Assembly: GCA_030065875.1 (NCBI GenBank)
Contig: JASJCR010000052.1
Coordinates: 2,347 to 66,346, forward strand
Direction of reading: 5' to 3'
Length of the DNA: 64,000 nt
Origin: Ardenticatenaceae bacterium
GTDB lineage: Bacteria > Chloroflexota > Anaerolineae > Promineifilales > Promineifilaceae
A program made the position numbers and the translations under genes. How positions within the stretch are numbered: the first letter of the stretch is position 1; the number at the start of each line of letters is the position of its first letter. Of the stretch, positions 54,018 through 61,525 are shown in pieces. Under the pieces are notes generated by a model that was given only the letters and a program-made list of their open reading frames with translations, searched no databases and was not told the origin of the DNA.

Positions 54018-54974
54018 ATGCGTGGTTTAGACAAATTCTCCGAAGAAGAACTCGAAGAGGCCTTGATTCGCAAGCGCTACCGACAGCGACAGGCGCGATT
54101 GGGGCGTTTGCGAGAAGAAGGGCGGGTGCTGGATGTGGCCCGTGATGCCCCGGCCGGTGGAGGGGTTCGTCCGGCCGCTGATCGAGAGCGATGGGCGGAT
54201 TGGTCTGGCTCAGAACCAGAAACCGCACCGACCGGGTGGCGCTTGATCGCCAATCGAGCGCTGCTGGTGGTGGAGGTGGCGGCCGTGCTGGGTTTTGTGG
54301 GGGTTCTCGTTTCGATGGGATTCTCGGTCATGGAATTAAACCGCGACACCGCGGCTCTGCAGCAGCAGGCCGTAGGCGAGGTTGCTGCCGCCCAACCGAC
54401 AACCGCCGCTGATCCGGTGATCGATTTGGTGGTGCTGCCAACCGGGCATAAACCGCCGGTTGATGGGCAGCCCATCGTTTATGAAGAAGCCGGTGAGATT
54501 CCCGGGCATTTACTCCCTCAGGTAGCCGCCTATGTGCCGCCACCGATACCGGCCCCCAGTGTTGAGCAACCGCGGCGGGTTGAAATTGAGTCGATTGACG
54601 TGACGGCTACGGTGGTCCAGGGTCATGAACCGGAACAGCTCAAGAAGGGTGTGGGACATTCAATTGGTACGGCGATGCCCGGGCAGAGCGGCAATATGGT
54701 TTTGTCGGCCCACAATGACATCTACGGTGAGATTTTTCGCCATCTCGATAAGCTTTCCCCTGGTGATGAGATCGTTGTCTCCACCGCCCGACAGCGTTAC
54801 ACTTATGTGGTTAATGAAATCAGGGTGGTTGCCCCGACGGATGTGGAGGTTATGGATCCCACCGATCACGCCAGCCTGACCTTGATTTCCTGTTATCCAT
54901 ATTTGATTAACAACAAGCGCATTGTGGTCTTTGCCGATTTGGTAGAAGAAAGCAGTGTTGGGCTGAACGGATAG
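54018..54974 (+). CDS. Class E-type sortase
   Basis: 318-aa ORF with a charged N-terminus, one TM segment, catalytic His (VLSAHND), TLISCYP (TLxTC Cys) and NNKRIVVFA (Arg). Confidence 0.85.
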   Translation: MRGLDKFSEEELEEALIRKRYRQRQARLGRLREEGRVLDVARDAPAGGGVRPAADRERWADWSGSEPETAPTGWRLIANRALLVVEVAAVLGFVGVLVSMGFSVMELNRDTAALQQQAVGEVAAAQPTTAADPVIDLVVLPTGHKPPVDGQPIVYEEAGEIPGHLLPQVAAYVPPPIPAPSVEQPRRVEIESIDVTATVVQGHEPEQLKKGVGHSIGTAMPGQSGNMVLSAHNDIYGEIFRHLDKLSPGDEIVVSTARQRYTYVVNEIRVVAPTDVEVMDPTDHASLTLISCYPYLINNKRIVVFADLVEESSVGLNG

Positions 54975-55040
54975 AGTGTATACACCGCGGGAGTTTTTAT
55001 AAAAGCCAAACTGCGGTGCCGGTGGGATTGAGAAATTTTT

Positions 55041-55316
55041 ATGAGTAAGAAAGTAAGACGCGTCAAGCGCTCCTCTGGTGAGCAACGGAAAAAGAGTGAG
55101 GCCACTTCAGCAACGCCCAATCGCAGACAGATTGGTGGGGTTGGCAAAACTCCTTCGCGGCGCTCCCGTCGAGGGCGCATCCGGCAGGTGCCTATTGAAG
55201 AATTAAAAGAGCAGTATGCTTACGTCATCAAAGACCTGCGCCGCATTTTTATACTGGCGATCGTGATGTTTGTTCTGCTATTTTTGGCGAACCTGTTCCT
55301 GCCCTCTTTCTTTTAA
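55041..55316 (+). CDS. Small tail-anchored basic protein
   Basis: 91-aa ORF with a very basic N-terminal half and one C-terminal TM segment (IFILAIVMFVLLFLANLFL). Confidence 0.45.
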   Translation: MSKKVRRVKRSSGEQRKKSEATSATPNRRQIGGVGKTPSRRSRRGRIRQVPIEELKEQYAYVIKDLRRIFILAIVMFVLLFLANLFLPSFF

Positions 55317-55343
55317 GTAATTGCTAGAATTTTTCAAAATTTT

Positions 55344-55460
55344 ATTGTCCACAGAGCGCGCAGCGCAGAACCGTAGGTTCGCAGATTAGAGAGAAAAATC
55401 TGTGAAAATCTGCGTAATCTGCGAACAATTTTTCTCATAACATTTTTTGTAAACCACTTA
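55344..55460. repeat. AATCTGCG-family dispersed element, copy 3
   Basis: attgtccacagagcgcgcagcgcagaaccgtaggttcgcagatt...aaaatctgcgtaatctgcgaacaatttttctcataacattttttgtaaaccactta. Confidence 0.75.
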
Positions 55461-55495
55461 AAATAAATGCCCGAAATCTTGCAAAATCAGGGCGC

Positions 55496-57139
55496 TTAGG
55501 CGACCGAAAGCGTAAAGTAAAAGCAGCTTCCCCCTTCCGGCCGAGTTTTATACCCCACATTACCGCCCATGCGTTTCACAATTCGAGCCACAATAGAAAG
55601 CCCTAATCCGTAGCCATCTCGATTGGCCGGATTGAGCTGCTTGTACGGCCGGAATAAATTGTGAATAAACTCCTGGTTGACGCCTGGACCTTTGTCGCTG
55701 ACCCAGAAACAAATATAGTTGGAATCCGATTTGAGGCTGGCGTTTAACTCGATTTCAGGGGTAGGTCCCCCATATTTAAGGGCATTGCTGAGGTAGTTGT
55801 ACCAAATTTCTTCAACCCAAGGTGCATAGCCCAAAGCTGCAGGCCATTGGTCGGGCAGGGTAATAAGTGAATCTACCTCTTCAATTCTCTCTTTAAGGCG
55901 TTCCATCACCTCACTGATAATCGTTTCCATCTGAATGGGGGAGAAAGTGACTTCCGCATCGCGAACAGACGAAAAGAGGAGCAGGGCATCGATGATCGTG
56001 CTCATTTTGCGACTGTTGCGCGAGATAAGCGTCGCTGATCGTCTAAGCTGATCGGCCGACATGGTAATTTCATCACTCTGAAACTCACTCTCAATTAACT
56101 CGGCAAAACCGGCAATGCGTGCCAGAATATTTTGCAGATCATGGGCCAGGGTGTAGCCAAAGGCATCAAGCTCTTCGTTCCGCTCTTCAAGATCGTTGGT
56201 ATGGAGACGCAACTGGTCGACCAGGCGGGCGTTTTCGAGGGCGGTGGCGGCCGTGGCGGCCAGGGTCTCAGCCACGACGAGATCGTCTTCGTCAAAACGG
56301 CCGTTGAGCTTGTTCACAAATTCCAGCACCCCGATGGCTCGATCGCGAATTCGCAAGGGCACCGCCATTAACATGCGGGTCTCAAAATTAATTTGCTGGT
56401 CAACCTCTCGCGAAAAACGCTCGTCTCTGTCCACTCGATCGAGGATGGTGCTTTGATTATTCATCGATACCCAACCAACGATCCCTTCTGACGCATGCCG
56501 TTCGACCCCCAACAGCGGCGGCGTGCCCGTACGATGCAGTACCGCCCGGCACACCAGGGTGTTTTTCCGAGCATCCGACCACAACCACAGCGAACCCCCT
56601 TCCGCGTTGAGGATATCGATGGCGGCCCGCATGAGGCGATTAATCAAGCGATCCGGCTCCAATATTGAAGTCAACTCTCCCCCAATCCGGTTGAGAGAGG
56701 TCAAAACCAGGTTGCGCTGTTTGAGGGTATTGAGCATGGCAATTTTTTCCTGCTCGAGCTGGCGACGGCGCAGGATATTTGTGATTACCATGGGCAGTAG
56801 ATGGAGGTAGCGCTCTTCTCGATCTTGAATAATGTAATCGCTGGCCCCCAACCGCAATGCTTCGACGGCAAAATGTTCCTGGCCGGGTTGAATAAACACC
56901 AATACGGCGGGCATTGGATAAGAAGCCATCACCGTAGAAATTAAGCTGAGGCGATTGGCGTGCTCAATTTCAGGCCCCATCAAGATTAGATCAAACCGCT
57001 GTCGGCTAATCCGTTCAACAGCAGATCGCCAACCGGCAACCGTCACCAATTCGAACTTGATCCCTTCAAGCTGTTGGGAAATTTTCCGGTGTACGGAGCG
57101 ACGACCTTCAACCAATAATATCCAAACTGAACGATCCAT
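55496..57139 (-). CDS. Histidine kinase with degenerate N-terminal receiver, GAF, HisKA and HATPase domains
   Basis: 547-aa ORF with H-box TLAHDLQNIL, N-box YLSNALKY, G1 VSDKGPGV and G2 GYGLGLSIV. A GAF-like segment lies around VPLRIRDRAIGVLEF. Confidence 0.88.
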   Translation of the reverse strand: MDRSVWILLVEGRRSVHRKISQQLEGIKFELVTVAGWRSAVERISRQRFDLILMGPEIEHANRLSLISTVMASYPMPAVLVFIQPGQEHFAVEALRLGASDYIIQDREERYLHLLPMVITNILRRRQLEQEKIAMLNTLKQRNLVLTSLNRIGGELTSILEPDRLINRLMRAAIDILNAEGGSLWLWSDARKNTLVCRAVLHRTGTPPLLGVERHASEGIVGWVSMNNQSTILDRVDRDERFSREVDQQINFETRMLMAVPLRIRDRAIGVLEFVNKLNGRFDEDDLVVAETLAATAATALENARLVDQLRLHTNDLEERNEELDAFGYTLAHDLQNILARIAGFAELIESEFQSDEITMSADQLRRSATLISRNSRKMSTIIDALLLFSSVRDAEVTFSPIQMETIISEVMERLKERIEEVDSLITLPDQWPAALGYAPWVEEIWYNYLSNALKYGGPTPEIELNASLKSDSNYICFWVSDKGPGVNQEFIHNLFRPYKQLNPANRDGYGLGLSIVARIVKRMGGNVGYKTRPEGGSCFYFTLSVA

Positions 57140-57185
57140 TTTGTCTTTTGTGCAGCCTACATTTTTGACGTTGACAAGCGTTCAA

Positions 57186-58157
57186 CTACCACCAGGTTTC
57201 GAACGTAACGGATGTTTCTCCTAATAAATTCCGCTCCAGATTGTATGCTCCGATAGTCGCCTGAACCCTTTTGCCAGGGGTGAGGTTTAGTGTGGCAGGA
57301 TCAAGGGTCACTGCGGCTTTCCCTTGAGAATCGGTTGTCGCTTCGACCGTCAGCGGGTTATCTGAGCTGCCAAGCATAATTTGAATGTCGATGCCGTCAA
57401 CCGGTTCTTGTGAAGGAGAGAACGCCTGAATAAAAAATGTTTGAGATTCTCCATCAAACAAGATCGGGGCGGATACGACGGCAGAGAGATTGACCTGCTC
57501 CAGTCGGTCTTGAATCGGTTGAGCGATAATTTCATAATTGTAGGCGGTTTGATCAAAATGAGCCCGTCCCAGGGACCCGCTTGAGAGGCCGCTGGTTGTC
57601 GTTAATCCGGGCTGCCATTCTAGACGAATATTTTCAAAATATTGCACCCGCAAACTGCCGTCCTGCAGGAGTGGGGTCAGTGGATCGCCAAAAATTTCTC
57701 GTCCATCATAAATGATGTAAAAATCGACAAATGGCGCGGCCACATCGTGTGTTGAGAGCCGCATTGTTTCCTGTTCATCAGAGCTGAGCCCTTCAAACGC
57801 CCATTCACCCAGATTTGGAATGTCAAATTGGCCGCTTTGTGGATAGTAATCGATCCGCATGCTTTCAAAATATTGACTGACGTATTCCTCTTCGAGCGTG
57901 AGGGCAAGCTCACCTGAAATCGGTGCGCCAAAAACGGCTGCTCCCCCATGGTCATTATAAAATTCCTGAAATGTAGGGCTGACGCAGTATTCAGCACAGA
58001 AAACTTCAGCTGACGGATCTGTGGAACTGGCTGAACGGCACCCGATCGTGCACCAGGCTAAAATGATTAGAAAGGGCACAAACCATATGGTCCGTGGGGT
58101 GAGTGGTTTGATTGTTGGGTTCATAAGCGGAAACCGCAATTTAGGATAGTGTAACAA
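57186..58157 (-). CDS. Secreted or lipid-anchored hypothetical protein
   Basis: 323-aa ORF in an AT-richer patch. It has a signal sequence with Cys (FLIILAWCTIGC). The start may be the internal ATG at 58124. Confidence 0.55.
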   Translation of the reverse strand: MLHYPKLRFPLMNPTIKPLTPRTIWFVPFLIILAWCTIGCRSASSTDPSAEVFCAEYCVSPTFQEFYNDHGGAAVFGAPISGELALTLEEEYVSQYFESMRIDYYPQSGQFDIPNLGEWAFEGLSSDEQETMRLSTHDVAAPFVDFYIIYDGREIFGDPLTPLLQDGSLRVQYFENIRLEWQPGLTTTSGLSSGSLGRAHFDQTAYNYEIIAQPIQDRLEQVNLSAVVSAPILFDGESQTFFIQAFSPSQEPVDGIDIQIMLGSSDNPLTVEATTDSQGKAAVTLDPATLNLTPGKRVQATIGAYNLERNLLGETSVTFETWW

Positions 58158-58323
58158 ATTACCTTAAGCGATTGGCCAAGGATTCACGCAGAATTTTCGA
58201 TTGAAGAGGTGAACCCAGCGCACGCATTAAGGAAGTTGCTGTTACACGTTGTTTTGCTAGGGCCATTCCATTTAGCCTGAAGGTGGCGATCATTTAAGAT
58301 ACGGCAAACGTCGCCCGGATCGT

Positions 58324-59280
58324 TTAGCGGCCGTAGGCCGCCTGTAACAATGCTTCATGTTCTTCACGCAGGCGAAGATAAGAATCATACCGACTGCCCT
58401 CAATTTCACCGGCCGTGACCGCCGCGCGGATCGCACAACCGGGTTCGTGACGGTGGGTACAGTCGCTAAATTGACAATTGGCAACCAGCGGTGCCATTTC
58501 TCGGAAGTAGCCATCCAGCTCTTCCGGTTCCAGATTATAAAGTGCCCACCCCCGAATTCCGGGGGTGTCAGCCACAAACCCACCTTCCTTGAGAGGAATA
58601 AGGTGTGCATACCTGGTGGTGTGCATTCCTTTATCGGTGGCTTCACTGACCGCGCTGACCTTTAAAGATAATCCCGGCTGGATAGCGTTGAGCAAACTTG
58701 ATTTCCCGACACCGGACGATCCAGTAAAGACGGAAATCCGTCCGAGCAGCTGGGATTTAAAGGAGTCGATATTGAGCCCTGTTTTGGCGCTAACGTAAAA
58801 AACGGGGTAGCCGATTTTCTCATAGACGGAGAAGATTTTGCGGGCTTCGACTTCGCTACCCAGGTCAACTTTGTTAATGCAGATCACGGCCGGAATTTGC
58901 TGCACCTCAGTCACGACCAACATGCGATCCAGCTTGCGTAAATTGGTAACCGGTTTGTGCAGCGAGTTGATCAAAACGATTTGGTCAACATTGGCCACTA
59001 AAACCTGCTCTTTTTCCGTCTGCCATTGGCGGGAATGGCCGCTCGGCCGGGTGCGTGCTAGGGCATTTCTCCGGGCAAAAATATGGGTAATCAGCCCGCT
59101 TTCTTCGTCAATGGGTTCAATCGTGACTCGCTCACCAACCGCAACAAGGTCCGTTTGTTTACGGGTTTGTTTGAGGCGGCCGGGTAATTTGCACACAATT
59201 TCCCCACCTTGGTCGAGCAAAACAGTGTAAAAACCGCTAATCGATTGGACCACTGTTCCATCAAAAGATTGTTTATCCAT
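58324..59280 (-). CDS. rsgA: Ribosome small-subunit-dependent GTPase A
   Basis: 318-aa ORF with the circularly permuted GTPase order NKVDL ... GSSGVGKSSLLN, and the C-terminal zinc motif CQFSDCTHRHEPGC. Confidence 0.92.
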   Translation of the reverse strand: MDKQSFDGTVVQSISGFYTVLLDQGGEIVCKLPGRLKQTRKQTDLVAVGERVTIEPIDEESGLITHIFARRNALARTRPSGHSRQWQTEKEQVLVANVDQIVLINSLHKPVTNLRKLDRMLVVTEVQQIPAVICINKVDLGSEVEARKIFSVYEKIGYPVFYVSAKTGLNIDSFKSQLLGRISVFTGSSGVGKSSLLNAIQPGLSLKVSAVSEATDKGMHTTRYAHLIPLKEGGFVADTPGIRGWALYNLEPEELDGYFREMAPLVANCQFSDCTHRHEPGCAIRAAVTAGEIEGSRYDSYLRLREEHEALLQAAYGR

Positions 59281-59471
59281 AAATTAAAGTGAAGGATAGC
59301 GCCATCAAAGCCGACAGACCGAAAAGACACACGACATAAAATTATAGCTTAAGATAGACCGGAATTCAGTACGGAACCTCACCGAATTAATTTGAATTGT
59401 AGTCGGTGAATAGTACTTTAGTACCTTATTCTATATATAAATGATAGAGTGGGAAAAATCAATATGAAATT

Positions 59472-59498
59472 AAAAAAGGGATACCAGAACGGTATCCC
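59472..59498 (-). terminator. Rho-independent terminator downstream of etfA
   Basis: On the minus strand: GGGATACC-gttct-GGTATCCC followed by TTTTTT, about 25 nt after the etfA stop. Confidence 0.7.
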
Positions 59499-59523
59499 TT
59501 TTGATGTTGATTGGGTGAGGGTT

Positions 59524-60492
59524 TTAGCCCAACCGCTTTTTGAACTCCGCTTCAACGGCCGGCACGACATCAAACAAATCGCCAACCACACCGTAGTGGG
59601 CCAACCCGAAAATAGGTGCCTCACTATCTTTGTTGATGGCTACGATAATTTTCGATGTGCGCATGCCCGCCTGATGTTGAATCGCACCACTAATACCGCA
59701 GGCGATGTAGAGATCTGGACTGACGGTTTTCCCGGTTTGACCCACCTGATGATCGTACGGGATCCAGCCGGCATCTACTGTGGCCCGAGATGCTCCAAGC
59801 GCCCCTCCCAGCGTATCCGCCAGGGCACGAACCGGGTCAAACCCTTCGGGGCCACCGACGCCGCGGCCGCCGCTGACGATGATTTTGGCATCGGTCAGGC
59901 TGACCCCGCCTTCTTTGGCTTTAAAGCCTGTAACTTCGGTGGAAATATCCCCTACATTGGCATCAACCCACTGAGCTGAGCCGCTGCCGCCGGTTGATTC
60001 AGCCGGCGCAAAGGCCCGGCTGCGGAGGCTAATAATTTGCATTCCTTCGGGAATTACCGTGTCGCTCAGCAGTTTGCCGGCGTAAACCGGCCGGGTGGCC
60101 ACAACGCGGTCCCCGTCAACCTTTAGAGCTGTGGCATCGGCAATGAGACCGGCATTCAGGTCGGCCGCCAGCCAGGCGGTCATGTCTCGCCCCTGGGTGG
60201 TGGCACCGGCGATCAAGACATCTAAACCGGCCTCCTGAACCAGCTGGGTTAAGAGAGGGCCAAATGCTTCCGCTCGATATTCAGCCAGGGCGGCGTGGTC
60301 GCTGCCGATCACGCTGTCGGCCCCAAGATCAAAGGCGGCCGCAGCCACATCGGCCACGTTTTGACCGATCACCACGGCCGTTAAGGATTTCCCTAAGTCA
60401 TTGGCTGTTTGCCGGGCTGCCCCCAGGGCCTCCTGGCTGACAGTCATCATTTTGCCTTCGTAATTTTCGATGTATACGCCTACGCCGCTCAT
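59524..60492 (-). CDS. etfA: Electron transfer flavoprotein subunit alpha
   Basis: 322-aa ORF. The C-terminal FAD-binding region is SRATVDAGWIPYDHQVGQTGKTVSPDLYIACGISGAIQHQAGM. Confidence 0.92.
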   Translation of the reverse strand: MSGVGVYIENYEGKMMTVSQEALGAARQTANDLGKSLTAVVIGQNVADVAAAAFDLGADSVIGSDHAALAEYRAEAFGPLLTQLVQEAGLDVLIAGATTQGRDMTAWLAADLNAGLIADATALKVDGDRVVATRPVYAGKLLSDTVIPEGMQIISLRSRAFAPAESTGGSGSAQWVDANVGDISTEVTGFKAKEGGVSLTDAKIIVSGGRGVGGPEGFDPVRALADTLGGALGASRATVDAGWIPYDHQVGQTGKTVSPDLYIACGISGAIQHQAGMRTSKIIVAINKDSEAPIFGLAHYGVVGDLFDVVPAVEAEFKKRLG

Positions 60493-61277
60493 ATCACTTT
60501 CTCCTCAAACAATTTGTCGACCAGCTTCTTGGCTTTGTCATTCATGCTGTCGCCATCAATCATTTCGACGCTCCCTTCACGGGCCGGTAGCGAGTAGATT
60601 TTTTGCCAATTTACACGAGGAGCTGATACGCTGACGCCCAAATCATCCAGAGACCAGGTTGGAACGGTGGCCCGGTTCGCTTTGCGAATTCCCATAAATG
60701 AGGGATAGCGCGGTTCGTTAATTTCTTTGACCACGCTCATAACAACCGGCAGTTTGGCGGTGATCACCTGCCGGCCGTTTTCCAGCAGACGCTCCACCGT
60801 AATGGAATCTTCAGTAATTTCATTGATGGCAGCCACAAAGGTAAGCGGGGTCCAGCCTAGCTTGCGGGCGACCAACATCGGCATGACGCCGCTGTCACCG
60901 TCTATGGCCTGCTTGCCGCACATAGCGACTTTGACGTCTTCAACTTTTTCAATGGCGGCGGCCAAAACTGCGGCCGTGTCGAGCGCATCGACCTCCTCCG
61001 CCCCTTCATTTGAAATATGCACGGCTGAGGTACACCCCATAGCCAGACCGGTCCGCAGCACGTCAACGCTGTCGGCTGATCCGAATGTCAGGGCGATTGT
61101 TTCAGTGGCACCGTGATTTTCTTTGAGACGAATCCCTTCTTCGATGGTGTATTCATCCCAAGGATTGACGACATTGGGTTTCCCACTGCCGGTGTCTTCC
61201 CAGGTGACGACGTTGTCGTTCACCGAGATGGTGGCGGTGGTACTGGGCGTTTGTTTTACACAAACCACGACCTTCAT
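60489..61277 (-). CDS. etfB: Electron transfer flavoprotein subunit beta
   Basis: Start taken at MKVVVCVKQTPS (the canonical EtfB N-terminus). It overlaps etfA by 4 nt. The longer track ORF adds an implausible extension. Confidence 0.9.
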   Translation of the reverse strand: MKVVVCVKQTPSTTATISVNDNVVTWEDTGSGKPNVVNPWDEYTIEEGIRLKENHGATETIALTFGSADSVDVLRTGLAMGCTSAVHISNEGAEEVDALDTAAVLAAAIEKVEDVKVAMCGKQAIDGDSGVMPMLVARKLGWTPLTFVAAINEITEDSITVERLLENGRQVITAKLPVVMSVVKEINEPRYPSFMGIRKANRATVPTWSLDDLGVSVSAPRVNWQKIYSLPAREGSVEMIDGDSMNDKAKKLVDKLFEEKVI

Positions 61278-61466
61278 AAATATCCTCCAAAGGGCCAGGT
61301 AGAAAGCTCTACCGGGGCGATGATAATTTGAGTTTAGACAGGTGGTTGAAATTATGAACGTTTGTGAAAGTTGCACAATTAATCAAACGATAAGTTGATT
61401 CATTTGCTGCAAACATTATAACCATCTCTCTCTTTTGAAGCAATATGACGCAGGGTGTCAAAATTG

Positions 61467-61525
61467 TCAATGGTCAATTGACAATTGGGTATTGACCCTT
61501 GACTGTTGATTATTGATTATTTTCT
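61467..61525. repeat. Heptanucleotide array (CAATNNN / TTGANNN type) overlapping a gene end
   Basis: caatggt caattga caattgg gtattga cccttga ctgttga ttattga ttatt. The last ~17 codons of the 831-aa ORF are read from this array. Confidence 0.6.
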
